From: Flectonema sp. DT1601
Lineage: Eukaryota
Direction: 5' to 3'
Assembly (NCBI GenBank): GCA_964019425.1
Contig: OZ025792.1
Coordinates: 372,001-436,000 of the forward strand
DNA: 64,000 bases
Part shown: one piece after another, positions 1 to 12,185 of the stretch
How the letters are laid out: every line of letters begins with the position of its first letter
How positions within the stretch are numbered: position 1 is the stretch's first letter
Position numbers and translations under genes: made by a program
Notes under the pieces: model-generated
The model's database searches: none
Told to the model about the DNA's origin: nothing
The model's input: the letters and a program-made list of their open reading frames with translations, nothing else

Positions 1-370
1 TACGAGGTTGAGCTTGAGACTGGTATGTTGAAGATGAAGAGTATCCGTATCTTGGCTTCGTAGCTGCCGGGATTTGTCCCTGCGATTCTGTGTGCTTAGT
101 GCTGTGTGGCTGAAATGCGTAGCACTGGCAGCTGTGGCGAAGCTGATGTGCTCCAATTACTTCGACCCACTCATCACTAATGGCATCAACAATCTGAAAC
201 TTTGACACCACATATGGTGGTGATCCGGGTCTTCTTGTCTGTGCCTCTGCCGAGAAAGCCTGTTCCGTAGCGGCTGTCAACTCTCCCATGGAAGGAGCAA
301 CCGGGAAGTCCAGCTCAAGGTTAATTTTTTGACCGGCCACATCGGAAGCAACACATACGTTGAAAGGCAT
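1..370 (-). CDS. BILBO1 N-terminal-domain family protein (paralogue; 3' part runs off the window)
   Basis: Absent from the ORF track; translated by hand from ATG at 370: MPFNVCVASDVAGQKINLELDFPVAPSMGEL...PYVVSKFQIVDAISDEWVEVIGAHQLRHSCQCYAFQPHSTKHTESQGQIPAATKPR, open to base 1. It is colinear with the N-terminus of the gene at 1807-3715. Confidence 0.85.
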   Translation of the reverse strand, partial: MPFNVCVASDVAGQKINLELDFPVAPSMGELTAATEQAFSAEAQTRRPGSPPYVVSKFQIVDAISDEWVEVIGAHQLRHSCQCYAFQPHSTKHTESQGQIPAATKPRYGYSSSSTYQSQAQPR

Positions 371-1338
371 GGTCAGTTTATTGGACGAGAAAAAGTATCC
401 TCTGAGGGGGGTAAATTAGTTTTCGTTTTTGGGAACAAACTTCCTTGTCTAAACTTTAACACCATCCGTGTGAACCTATGAGTGAAATACTGGTAGCAAA
501 CGCATGCCAATACACCTCATCGAAATCGATACAACTAACACACAGCAGAACACTGCACATTCTGTGCGGTAGTGGGGTACAAACATACAAAAAACAAAAA
601 CAAAAAAAAGTAGAAATCGAGGAGGCGGGGTACCGAGCTATAATCGAATTTGCAATACAATGTTAATTAAGGGAAAAAAAACAAAGAAATGAATTTTTTT
701 TTTTTTTTCCTTATGTTACTGAAATGTAGGAAATGCTAACTACTACTACAATGTGACAACAAGTCACCGAAAATCAATAGGCCTTACTGCATCGTAGACC
801 AAAAAGGTTTAAGACCTTCACAGAGATATGTACAACTAAAGCATGAAATTCATGAAGAAAATATAATTATTACACAAGAAAAAAAATAGTGGGAAGAGTT
901 CGCATTCGGTGACTATGACACACGCAGGAAGGATAGAAGGGTACAAACCCGCAGTGCTGTATTCTAACAAAGAGTAATCATTAAGCATCGTTGAAAAACA
1001 AAGCGACATAGTAAGTAAGTAATCCCAGCTGACTAAATTCATTAGGCAAGGTCATGTATATTTTATTTTTTTATCAGTCAAAATACCAGCGATTATTAAA
1101 ATCACTACTCTCTCACCGCCTGATATTTTTACTCGATTTTTATTTTTTTTGTTTTTTGAAAATTTTTGGTGACATTTTTTTTTTTTTCCAGAAATTGGTC
1201 GCAAAAAAAAAAGAGAATTTTTTAACTGATGTATTTTTTTTTCTTTTTTTTTTTTCCAGTTTTCATAGCTCTCAGTTAACAGTGAAGCCTGGAGCGAACT
1301 GATAGGTAGATTGAGCGCAAAAAGAAATTCGTCGAAAT

Positions 1339-1366
1339 AATGAATGAATGAATGAATGAATGAATG
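1339..1366. repeat. (AATG)7 microsatellite
   Basis: Read directly from sequence. Confidence 0.95.
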
Positions 1367-1806
1367 TCATCAAAAGTGATTTTACTCTCAAAGATGACGT
1401 TAATTGAGTTGCTAAGAACTACTGCCTGTTATGTTGCAAAGAGCAGACAACAACAAAAATACAACAACACAAAAGACTCGAACTCTCCCCCCTCCTCCTC
1501 CTACTATGTCAACAGGCTACAGGACGAAGCCAAAATGTTGAGTGAACAAATCACTTAGTGGTACGAAAAAATAAAAAAAATTGAAATTATTTAAAAAAAA
1601 AAAAAAAAAAAAACAGGGGGGAAAAAACTACAAATCAACAACTAACAAACAAACAGTAATGAATAAAAGAAAAGAAAAAAGCAGAGAGATATTATATAAA
1701 GGATACATGTGAGAATACACACAAAAGACATTTGCTAATACCTTTTGATAAGGGGATGAAAGTCGGAGAGGACCACGAGTAGGTGACTTATAGCGTCAAT
1801 AACTAC

Positions 1807-3715
1807 CTAGTGGTGATAGCTTGGCTTCTGAGGATGAAAAAACGTCGAGTGGGCTGATCGCAGTGCGCCTTCTTTTTCCTCAAGCGACTCCCGCTGTTCA
1901 CGTAGCTTGACTTCTTGCTCAACCAGGGCCTTTTCCTGCGAGTACATGAGTCTCTTTTCATTAATTTCCTTGTTAACGACACCCTCGCGGTCAGCAAGCT
2001 GCCTGTTGTAGTTCTCGAGTTGGAGTTGGGCATCCGCCCAGCGATTGCGAGCTGGTTCTTGGCGGTCACGGAGAGCACCAGCCTGACGAATACCTTCTTC
2101 TTGTGCTCGCATGACTTCCCCGACAGCAGCAGCGTGGGCCTGAGCAATTGAATCGAGTTCTCGTTGGCGATTCTCTGCGACTGCACAATCCTGTTCGGCC
2201 TGAGAGAGAGCTACCGCGCATTCTTCTACAACTCTAGTTGGCATCTCAGCCAACACTCGGTTATGTCTGTCCGATGCTGCTGCTACATCTGCAGCATTCT
2301 GGTCACTCACAGCTTTCAATCGGTGAAGCTCTCTTTGAGCTTCTGCTAATTGTCCCTGGAGTCTTCTTTCCAGATTTTCTACTTCTCCGATATTCGATTG
2401 CGTGGTTGCTAACTTTCTCTGAGCACCATCTAAGTCACGTGCACTCTGTGTGATAGTAGTTATTAGTTATCAGTAGAAGTAGTACTTGACTGATTGTAGT
2501 AACAAACAATACATACATGCTGTGATGCCAAGTGTGCTTGTCTCTCACGTTCCTTCTCAGCAGCAAGTGCGCGTTCGCGACCTTGACGGTTTTGTTGTGC
2601 GCGGTCGACATCACGCATCTGTGTTGGGGTTATTATTTGTTTGTTTTTTTTATTATGTTCAAACAACTTATTTTATAAAATACAGATATGAAACTCTACA
2701 CAAGTATTACGTAATAAGTATCACATACGGATTCCCGAGCGTGTTCTTCTGCAGCACGTTGCTTAGCACTGGTGTCACTAGCAGCCCTTTCGAGTTCCAG
2801 GAGACGCCGTTCAGCCTCATCAGCTTCAAGTTGAGACCTGTCGTAGTCGTTCTTAACATTTCTCTCTGCTTCCTCTAGCGAAGCTCTGTGACCTGCGAAT
2901 TGCTCTAATTCCATAGTGGCGGCAGTAATTTCCCAATGTGACTTTAATCTATAATACAATGAATCAAGTAGTGTTGGATAAAGTTCACAGAATCGCTGCC
3001 ACTCAGCGTAGTTAATAACTCCGTCGCGATCCATGTCAGCCTTGCGGAAGAGATCGTCGGTGGTGGCGTTGGAAAAATCGATTCCAAACATTTGAAATCC
3101 TCGCTTTAGTTCTTCAGATTCAATAAGTTGATTAGCATTAGCGTCGAGACCTTCAAAGGCTGCACGAACCTTCTCATCATGCGATGCATCAGCTGGAAGT
3201 AATTTCACTTGTGCTAATCCTCCCATTGAAGCATGTGGAACTATCACAGGAGGTAATTGAGTTGGAGTTGTACTTTGAATCCGTCCGTGAATCACTGGAG
3301 CAGCTGGTGCGTATGAACCGACTGATGGCCCTCGTGAACCAGCTGATGCCATGATTGGTGTCACAGCACCCATCCCAGCAGTTACTTGTAAGTGTCTTGG
3401 TCTTATCGCTGTTGGAATATGTCCTTGAGACTCTGTTGCTTGAGTGCTGTGTGGTTGAAAGGCATAAACTTGACAATAGTTCTTTAACTGTGATTGTGCT
3501 ACTACCTCTACCCAGTCTTCAGTAGTCTCGTCTACAACATTAAGCTTTGATACTTTGTATGGGGTCATACCTACCTTTCTTACATTCTGCTCAGCAGTAA
3601 AGACATTCTCAATGTGATTTAACAGTTCCATGACAGACGGTTGAGTTGGGAATTCCAATTCATAATTTAATTTCTGTCCAAAGACATCAGTCGCTACAAA
3701 AACAATGTGAGGCAT
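1807..3715 (-). CDS. BILBO1: BILBO1-like flagellar pocket collar protein (NTD, two EF-hands, long coiled coil), 3 exons: 3715-2729, 2618-2517, 2445-1807, ~575 aa
   Basis: N-terminal D-x-F-G-x-K-x-N-x-E-L and W...QL....QVYAFQ motifs; EF loops DANANQLIESEE and DMDRDGVINYAE; E/R/Q-rich coiled coil. Two GT-AG introns join three ORF-track fragments in frame. Confidence 0.85.
2446..2516 (-). other. Spliceosomal intron (71 nt, GTATGT...CACACAG), BILBO1 intron 2
   Basis: Phase-0 join ...ASQH|SARDLDG..., which runs into ORF 1807-2319. Confidence 0.85.
2619..2728 (-). other. Spliceosomal intron (110 nt, GTATGT...AACACAG), BILBO1 intron 1
   Basis: Phase-0 join ...HARES|MRDVDRAQ...; removes an AT-rich segment containing stops. 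Confidence 0.85.
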
Positions 3716-4129
3716 CTAACTAGATGAGGTTTTACGTGTTTTACTGAAAAAGGGAATAAATATAATAATTCAGAAGCTAGTATTCATTGCAATGGCTGAG
3801 ATTCTTTTTTTTTTTTTTTTTTTTTTTTTGAAATTATAACTGAAAAAACTATATTGCAGGGTCTAGTGAAGTCACCAGAATAATAATCTACATCGATTGA
3901 GGCAACCACATAAAAATGACGAAAATCGTCACGTTCGGTATGTTCTATGGCAGAGGTCTAAAAAAAAAAAAAAAGAATTTGCGCAGGAATGTGCGCTGTA
4001 TGGGTATAGTCCAAATTTTTTACGTTAATTTTCCTTCTTCAAAATGAGAGAGTTTTTTTTTTTTTTTTTTTTCCCCAAACAGAAAATGCCTATATCAGGT
4101 TGCATTTAATGGTGATACCAACAACTATT

Positions 4130-5416
4130 CTATTCTTGAACTTTAGCTCTCTTTGTGTTTGGTCTCTGAAGAAGCCTTCGCTGCTCAGATTCAGCATTTG
4201 CTGTATCCTCCATGTGTTTTAGGAATGTGTCCATTGGCAAACCAGGAACACCAGATTTTGTGAAAGCCAAGAACGGTAATTTCCGGAGAAACCTTCCAGA
4301 AGATCCCTCGAGCAAGTCACAAATATGTTGAAGTTGAAATTCCCCTCCAGAGAGAGGAAACCCACTCAGAATTGACTTGCTTAGCATTTCATTCAACGCA
4401 CTTGTCAAAATTGATTTCCTGGCTCTACTCGAAGGGTTGCCAATATATAACTTTAAATCAGCGCGATCAACAAAAGCCAAATCAATGGCCTCAGTGATGT
4501 TACTGGTGCAAAGTGTTATAATGTTTGGATAATTTTTTAAAGAGTCCAACTGAGTTAGTAAAGCGTTAACAACTCTGATTGAATCACTCGGCTCACTAGA
4601 TGACAGAGATGCTTGTCTGGCTGCTGCTAATGACTCAACTTCATCGATCAGAACGAATATAAGAGAGTTAGTATCTTCAGCCATCTCTCTCACTCTTGAA
4701 AATAGTTTCATTACCATCTTACCACTTTCACTAAACCATTTACTGAACAGAGAGTGGGTATTAATCTCAACAAGTCTGGATGATGGATATCTATTCACAA
4801 GCATCACAGACATCTTCTGAGCTAAAGCCTGACATAGTGAAGTCTTTCCAGTACCTGGAGGACCGTGAAATAGTATAACTCTGTTCCAAGTGACTAGATT
4901 GTGATTAATACCACAATCACTGAATAGTAATGCAGTCTTTGAGTACGAAATCAAACTTGATTTAGTTGGTCCGCACCAATTAGAATCTGGGACAATATTA
5001 GGTGATGTTGAAGAGACTAAAATATCATCGTAGTGAAGTGATTCCCAAAGACCTACAAAGTTTGCATGAGGAAGTTGAGTGATCTCACATGCCGATGATT
5101 CAGCTTCTCCATTTTCCTCGAATAAGTTACCAGAATCCGTTCCTTCTGAGAATGGCGGATCAATATTAATTCTTGCGACATTTACTGTGACGGACTCTAC
5201 CTCACCAATTGGGACTTCTCTCTCTAGCGTATCACTAATAACAATGCTATGAACACCACTCCTTAGCTCTTTAACGTGACTAAATGGTATTTCCTTACCT
5301 GGAGAAACAGCAGTGAGCATCTGTATTGCGAGTGCTTTTATCGCCATGTCGATGTTATCATAATTTGTGGTATCTGATTTTAGTAGCACGTCAACCGATA
5401 CGGATGGCTGTTCCAT
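4130..5416 (-). CDS. TRIP13: TRIP13/Pch2 AAA+ ATPase (HORMA-domain remodeller)
   Basis: LWESL; WNRVILFHGPPGTGKTSLCQALAQK (Walker A); EINTHSLFSKWFSESGK; VLIDEVESL (Walker B); EPSDSIRVVNALLTQLD; AFVDRAD. All are characteristic of Pch2/TRIP13. Confidence 0.95.
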   Translation of the reverse strand: MEQPSVSVDVLLKSDTTNYDNIDMAIKALAIQMLTAVSPGKEIPFSHVKELRSGVHSIVISDTLEREVPIGEVESVTVNVARINIDPPFSEGTDSGNLFEENGEAESSACEITQLPHANFVGLWESLHYDDILVSSTSPNIVPDSNWCGPTKSSLISYSKTALLFSDCGINHNLVTWNRVILFHGPPGTGKTSLCQALAQKMSVMLVNRYPSSRLVEINTHSLFSKWFSESGKMVMKLFSRVREMAEDTNSLIFVLIDEVESLAAARQASLSSSEPSDSIRVVNALLTQLDSLKNYPNIITLCTSNITEAIDLAFVDRADLKLYIGNPSSRARKSILTSALNEMLSKSILSGFPLSGGEFQLQHICDLLEGSSGRFLRKLPFLAFTKSGVPGLPMDTFLKHMEDTANAESEQRRLLQRPNTKRAKVQE

Positions 5417-5692
5417 TTTTTGATATGGTTTTCTATTAATAAAAAAAAAATATATTTAGATAATGTCGCTTTCTATTCTGAGCATTCTGAAGTCATGGAA
5501 TTGTTTCCCTGTAAGTGAATCGATGTAATGAAAGGTGTCAACAAAAAGAACTATTTAGCTGGTTTTGCACATCTGGGATAGTATGGCAACCTAAAGCATT
5601 GACTACCATCATAAGTACTTATTATAATTCAAGGAATAAGTCAACAATAGTTAGGTGTTTGGAATTATTATTATTATTTCTATTTTTTTTTT

Positions 5693-6532
5693 TTAAGCCT
5701 TAGCAGATTCTCTTCCCTTTCTCAACCTTCTAGCTTTTTTTGAACTTACAGCAGGTTGTTGTTCCTCATCCTTCTGTGTTGTGAATTGTGTGAGAAAACC
5801 TTCTACAAAGGTAGCCATCTCTTGCTGGTTGAAGAAGATTGCCAGTTTTGATACAGATCGGACATGTTCGGGTGAGCTAAAAGAGGCACCACGAGAAAGA
5901 AGAAGCTTCAGTACAATAATATTGCCTGTCATTGCTGCCCAGTCAATGATTGTTTCACCTTCATTGTTTGTATGGATATTCGATGAGAGGAAAGAACTGT
6001 CACAGTCAAGTAGCAGTTCTATTATTTTAATATTACCACTCCAAATAGAGTGCATTAGTGCAGTGTTACCTCTGCTGTCGTATTTATGTATAGAAGATGG
6101 ATAGTGTTGGAGTAAGTATTTTGTCATCCTTACAAACTTCAGTCCAGCCATCAAAGGTGTTGTACCCTCCCTTGAACACTGCTTTGATAAATCAAACCCA
6201 GATGTGTGCAGCATCTCGATTATCTCAATGTTGTTTGCAGCGGCTGCACTTATACCGTGTGCTGCATCTCTTTTTATGCCTAATTCTTTCAATCGAATGC
6301 GTGCCATCTTTCTTGCTCCTACTGTAATCTCAAAGATACATTCTTCTTCTATCATAGCGTCGCACATCTCTAAGTCATCCTCAACTTCTTCACCGTCAAT
6401 CATGAGAGTGAAGTCATTTCGCATACCTCCATGTTGACATATCTTTATCTTTACATCAGCTATAGTGTCGTTAAAATCAACATCGACGGGGTGAAGTTCA
6501 TGGCTGCATGTATACCGATAGAACCCTTGCAT
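5693..6532 (-). CDS. Ubiquitin-like domain + ankyrin repeat protein
   Basis: Ubl-like N-terminus (DTIADVKIKI...LMIDGEEVEDD); ankyrin motifs GTTPLMAG, GNTALMHSI, GETIIDWAA. Start placed at the ATG at 6532, just after an AG acceptor; the upstream ORF extension is T-rich junk. Confidence 0.8.
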   Translation of the reverse strand: MQGFYRYTCSHELHPVDVDFNDTIADVKIKICQHGGMRNDFTLMIDGEEVEDDLEMCDAMIEEECIFEITVGARKMARIRLKELGIKRDAAHGISAAAANNIEIIEMLHTSGFDLSKQCSREGTTPLMAGLKFVRMTKYLLQHYPSSIHKYDSRGNTALMHSIWSGNIKIIELLLDCDSSFLSSNIHTNNEGETIIDWAAMTGNIIVLKLLLSRGASFSSPEHVRSVSKLAIFFNQQEMATFVEGFLTQFTTQKDEEQQPAVSSKKARRLRKGRESAKA

Positions 6533-6918
6533 GAATTCCTGTTTTTTATGAAATATATAAAAGAGAAACGACACACTGGGAGATTATTATTTAATTATAG
6601 GTAATCCTGACGGGGTGAAAAAAAAAATTTTTTTTTTCAACTTTAAAACTTAAATACGATCACTTTTAAATATCAGATACAGCTTTTGAATAATACAAAA
6701 AGAATCAGAACCGCAGCTAGACAGCATAAACAAATATTCTTAGCTACGATCCCGAATAAGGCTTTCAGGCACACATAATACGACTTAACAAATCGATACT
6801 TTGAGTTGACCTAATTACAACCTTACTTACAGAATTCCCCTTTAGAATGGCAATTTTTATTTTTATTTTTTCCCTGGTTTTTTGGTACCTGGGAAAACCT
6901 CTCATACAGTGAACTGGT

Positions 6919-7632
6919 TTATTCGAAATATTGGACAGGTGGCGGAGCTATTGCTCCAGGTGATGCTCTGGGTGATGCTTGAGGTGAGCGAGTGACGTTG
7001 CTCAACCGCTGTTGAAGAGACTCAATCTCACGAGCAAGATCGACTCGATGTGGAGTAGGTGTTCGAACCGGTGGTTGATGAGAAACAGGTGATCCTGTGT
7101 ATGTATTTAACTGTGATTTAGGCACAGCAGATCGACAGTATTGAATATGTGATGGCCAGTGTTTATTTTGACAATTCTGACTACAATAAGAGACTACATC
7201 ACACGGACAAGTCCCTCTTGCAGGTTTACCACACTCAGCACATCTTTTACCTTGACCAGTATCACCATACGGTGCGAATCTAAGTGCGACTTGAATACCT
7301 CCCTCTCGTAGTAATCTTTCTAAGTCAGAACTGTGGACTAAGTACCTGCCATTGATGTGCGTTAATACTCTTCCAACGTACATTGTTAGACCTGCGCGTT
7401 CTGCAGGACTTCCTTCACCGACACCGACTAATTCATTCTTTGCGTTTATGAGACAGCCAACTGATTCTGCTGGGCTTCTTCTATTGACTGCTATCTCAAC
7501 TCCCTCTTCTCCCCCAGCAAGTCCTGTTGAATATTCCATTGCACGGACTCTCTTTTCACGAAGGGTCATTTCAACGTCTTTACGAGACAATTCATCTTGC
7601 CACTGTTTTAGAAACAACTCACTGCTTGCCAT
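6919..7632 (-). CDS. PDZ + MYND zinc finger protein
   Basis: PDZ-like VGEGSPAERAGL...LTHING; MYND CAECGK...CPCDVVSYCSQNCQNKHWPSHIQYC. Confidence 0.85.
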   Translation of the reverse strand: MASSELFLKQWQDELSRKDVEMTLREKRVRAMEYSTGLAGGEEGVEIAVNRRSPAESVGCLINAKNELVGVGEGSPAERAGLTMYVGRVLTHINGRYLVHSSDLERLLREGGIQVALRFAPYGDTGQGKRCAECGKPARGTCPCDVVSYCSQNCQNKHWPSHIQYCRSAVPKSQLNTYTGSPVSHQPPVRTPTPHRVDLAREIESLQQRLSNVTRSPQASPRASPGAIAPPPVQYFE

Positions 7633-8009
7633 TTATTAAGACTGCACAAGGTGTTGGTTTGGTTTGTTTATTACCGTGATTCTATATTTAAAGGTGTTGT
7701 TGTAATTACTGTTAGATTGAAGAAGTTGTTAACTATTTAAAAAAACAAAAAGATGAACGTAACTCAGTATCGCTGTACCAAATGATATAACCAAGAGCTT
7801 GGACCAACCCGTGACCACAGCTAGTTAACCTGATGTCCTTGACGATTGAACGTGTGAGAAGGGAATTTGGGAACAAAAAGCAGGGAGCTGATTTAGTGCA
7901 ATCCACTGGAACTTAATTTACTAAATTCGGGGAAGCGGATTTACACCATTTTAAAATCAACAATAAACTAGGAACGGAATATGAGGCACCACATACATGG
8001 GAACGTGGG

Positions 8010-8046
<37 letters not shown>

Positions 8047-8769
8047 TTCCTTCTCTCACAACAAAAAAAAGACGTTTTTGAAAGAAGAAAAAAAAGAAAT
8101 CAGCAATAACACTTGTGTTACACACATCACCACACAATTTCTTTTTTTTTTTTCCTTTTTTTTTTCATTCTTTCACAAAAGGAGTATGTACGGTCACGAA
8201 TTATTACTATTTTTTTTTTTGTTTCTCTCTCTCCCCCGGGGAACAAAGCTAAACTGCATTTGTATAGCACACACAAAGAAGTATCAAAATATATCAAGTA
8301 TGATAACTGGTGGTGAGAAAGCAAATGTTAAGTGTCCGCCTGGGTTCACCCAGTGGAATAAAACACACCTACAAAACTGAATACCAACTATCAATACTAT
8401 ACATTTTTTTATAAATCTTTTATTATTTTTTTTTTTAATTTCCCGGACCGCAATGGGAGGTTCGTCTCCATCACTAGTCTGCATTGGTGAGCAGATGCGA
8501 AACTGACGTTCTCCTAGAATAGAGAGTGAGGGATTTAAGGGATTTGGCGATCAACTAATGTGAGTTGCCCGCCGTCGATCGATAAACACGTTTGGGAGGA
8601 AAGGGAAGAAATTTTTTTTTTTAAAAAAAAATTTTGAATCAGAAAAAGAAAAAAAAAAAAATGACACGAAAAAAATAAATAAAAATAAAACCAGAAGTAT
8701 ACGTTACAGCTACTATCAGACAAGAAAATTGCTCATATCTGAATAGCCTCTGCTAACACTCCTTATATT

Positions 8770-8803
<34 letters not shown>

Positions 8804-9800
8804 CTTCTTAAAAACTAAGAATCCATTCGTTTTCCTTAAAACTTATTTTATTTTTTTTTATTGTTCTATTTTTAAATTAACTGCAACTTAACTAAAGGGG
8901 ATCACACCACACAAATCATGAGGTCTATACATCCACCTTTTCGTTGTTGCAGAAAAAAACTTTCTTTGTTTTGCTTACTGTAATACAAAGAAGCGGTGAA
9001 CGTTGTTAGTTCCAAACGATGAAGGAAAAAGGATTCTCACCAGGATCTCAATAAAAAAAGAAAAAAAAAAGAAACAAAAAGAGCTGAAGAGATACGGGTA
9101 AAGGGAAAAAAGGAAAAAAAAAGGGGTGAAAAAAAATAAATAAGAAACTGATATACGTATAAAAATAAATATAAAAAAGCGAAAAGTGATTATTATTTTT
9201 TTTTTTTTGTTTTTTTCATCTCTTCCTCGCATTCTTTTTCTTCCCCCCCCCCCCTCATATTGTATTCTTGTTTGCTTTTTTCAACCACAAAAGGGTAGAA
9301 AACTCCGAAAAAGCGAAATTGCTTTTTTTTTTTCAAAAGATTTTTTTGCTCAACGAATTATTGCAAAAAAAAAGAAAACGAAAAAAAAAAAACAGGACCT
9401 ACTCAGAGGAAGATAAGTAAAAAAAAGAAATGAAGGAACACAAACTGAATTGAAACACGCAGTTTGAGAGAGTAGCAGGATTTTTGTTTAATGGAATCAT
9501 TGGGGAAATGGCTTCATTATCCTGATGCTGGTCAAGTTGTACACTCAACCAGATTGAAATTAGTATCTCAGCATGACAAAGAATTCTGTAAATCAGAATA
9601 CAAATAAGTCTCGAAGCTTTGTTCGTAATGTAATGAGGGGGTTGGTGGTCACACTTTTCTGAAGTGGAAAATCGTTTTTTTTTTTTTTTTTTAAATTAAT
9701 ATTCTCAATTCTTTCTTGATTGACTTCCAGTTCAGATTATATTTAAGAGAAGCTGCCCGCTGCAGAATAATATGCGAACGGGTTAAATTATAACATAAGT

Positions 9801-11083
9801 CTAAGCTTGCTTACGAAGGGAGGCGTGCTTAAGTTCTGCTCCCAAGATCTCAGGAGTCTTATACCTCTTGCAGGTAAGGTAACGCTCATCAAGGAAGACA
9901 CCCTGGTTCTCAAGCCACTCAGCGTTGTAGTACTTACTGAGGTACTTAAGACCAGTGTCAGGGCAGATAGTTACTATAGTAGCTGGTTCTGTGAGAGTCA
10001 TTGCGATCTCCTGAGCGGCCGCAATGTTAAGACCACTGGATCCTCCAACAAGCATACCTTCCTTCTGAGACATTTCGTGACAGACCTTAATCGCCTGAGC
10101 GTCTGAAATACGAATCGCCCAGTCAACGAGTCCGAAGTCCATCGCTCCCGGAATAGAATCTTTACCAACACCCTCAACTAAGAATGAAGTAGCACCATTG
10201 TGATCACCATCCTTGTAGTAATCAGTAAAACATGAACCGTGTGGGTCAGCTAGAACGATTTGGCATTCAGGCTTCATCTCCTTCAGGTAACGACCAACTC
10301 CTGAGATAGTACCTCCAGTGCTACCGGCAGCAACGAAGTGAGTAACTTCACCGTTAGTCTGGTTGTAGATTTCAGGTCCCAAAGATCTGTAGTATGCCTC
10401 AGGGTTTCTTAGGTTGTCGTACTGGTCTACATCGTATGAACCAGGTTCCTTGGCAGCAGCGAGGGCCAAGTTTTGGTAGTGGTCTGGGTGGTCAGCAGCG
10501 ATACCAGTTGGGCCAACTACAATTTCACCTCCGTAGGCCTTGACTGCGTTGATCTTTTCTTCACTGCACTTAGAGTTGGTGAAGATCTTACATTTGTATC
10601 CTCTTGAGCTGCAAGCCATAGCGATAGCTGAACCAGTGTTACCACTGCTGGCTGCGATAATAGTAGTACCTGGCTTAACGTCTCCTGACTTCTCAGCGGT
10701 GTTGAGGATGTGTTCAGCAATTCTGTCCTTAATAGATCCAGTTGGGTTAGTGAACTCACACTTGGCGTAGATCTTTACCAATGGGTTTGGTGATGGTACC
10801 TCAACAAGTGGAGTGTTTCCAACACGGGACAGGAACTGTCCTCCAACACGTCCGTTTCTGCCAGTTACGGCGCTCATCACGTTGCCGAGCTGGTCCCTGT
10901 TGATATTGTTTTTAAGAGAAGTTTTCTTACAGAAAAAAATAATCGAAGCAACATAAGGAACACATACTTCTCAGGCTTCTGGGCAACAACCTCATCAACG
11001 AGATCGTTAATGGCTTCTGGAAGGTTAACTTCATTACTGTACTTGAGGTCGACTTCGTCAGCGATATCAATACGGATTGCCAT
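9801..11083 (-). CDS. Cystathionine beta-synthase / cysteine synthase family PLP enzyme with short N-terminal helical extension; 2 exons (11083-10968, 10896-9801), ~403 aa
   Basis: GNTPLV, AKCEFTNPTGSIKDR (PLP lysine), SSGNTG, GSTGGTISG, VEGVG, GGSSG, PDTGLKYLSKYYN (CBS-type tail). The intron joins ORF 10877-11083 in frame. Confidence 0.9.
10897..10967 (-). other. Spliceosomal intron (71 nt, GTATGT...TCAACAG)
   Basis: Phase-2 join AA|G gives ...QKPEKDQLGNVMSAV..., continuous with the enzyme ORF. Confidence 0.85.
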
Positions 11084-11218
11084 ATTATATAAATGTAGTG
11101 GAAGAGTAGATATCTGATGAAGGAAGTGGTTTATAGTTTAAGTACATGAGATCAATAACTTGAAACAAAACTGAAAACAATAACTCAACAAAAAGATGCA
11201 ATTATTACAGCTGGAAAC

Positions 11219-11731
11219 CTAAATATCAGCAAAAGATATAGTTCTATTATTGCCAGGGCTGGTAGCTGTTGGGAGATTGAAAAATTGATCGGCAGTGCTG
11301 CCTAACGGACGGCGGATGTAAACTGTTTCTGTATCATGTTCTTCGCTTTCTTCGTCTTCTTCTACTTCTTCTTCCTCGTCCTCTTCATATTGCGGTTCTG
11401 GGTTGTCATGCACAGCATGATGTTGTAATATGAGATTTGCTAATTCCTTTTCAACATTACATCTCATACAGTTATCAGACAGTATGTGATGAGAGCATAA
11501 TCTACTAGTCACTTGTTTAATAACAGGCTGAGTCTCTTCAGGTATACATAAAGGAGTTTCTATTACGCTTTCAGATGTTGCAGGAGTCGTCTCTAATTCT
11601 TTAATTTTTTCATTAAGTCCACGAATCATTGATTTATATTGATTTTCTCTTTCAGCTGCATCGTTAATTTCTGAGAGACCTTGGAGTTTGCGAACCTCAC
11701 TTAGTTGGTAGCGAAGTGTATCTTCATCCAT
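11219..11731 (-). CDS. Hypothetical protein (N-terminal coiled coil, acidic tract)
   Basis: 170 aa ORF with coding-like composition, no homopolymer runs, same strand as neighbours, AG shortly upstream of the ATG. Confidence 0.65.
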   Translation of the reverse strand: MDEDTLRYQLSEVRKLQGLSEINDAAERENQYKSMIRGLNEKIKELETTPATSESVIETPLCIPEETQPVIKQVTSRLCSHHILSDNCMRCNVEKELANLILQHHAVHDNPEPQYEEDEEEEVEEDEESEEHDTETVYIRRPLGSTADQFFNLPTATSPGNNRTISFADI

Positions 11732-12185
11732 TATTTATTACACCTGCTAGTTAGAATTACTAATGAATCTTTTTCCCTAAAACATATTGCTGTGACTCAA
11801 CTATCTTGCAGTAGACAATGCAGTCTTCCATTATTTCACACTGGAACACAGTCACGATTGGCAAAGCAATATCAAATCGTGCCGGCTATCACAATTTACG
11901 AGGAAAAGGCAAGAAGAAGTACATAAATACGAGTTGTTAAGCATAAAATCAAACCACTCTTACAAAGACCCAGTCCCAGAACACCTTTTTGAGACACACA
12001 ATAGGTGAACTGCAAGTGTTCCCCAACATGATCTCTTGAAAAGATGATTCTAAGTAGTATTCTAAGAGCTAACGAAGAGGGTTTTTAACAAAAACACAAA
12101 ACAAGGATATCAAGGAGAGAGAGAGAAAGAATCAACACAGAGCAAGAACTCTGTTCGAAGTAATGAGTAGATCGAATGTGAGAAA

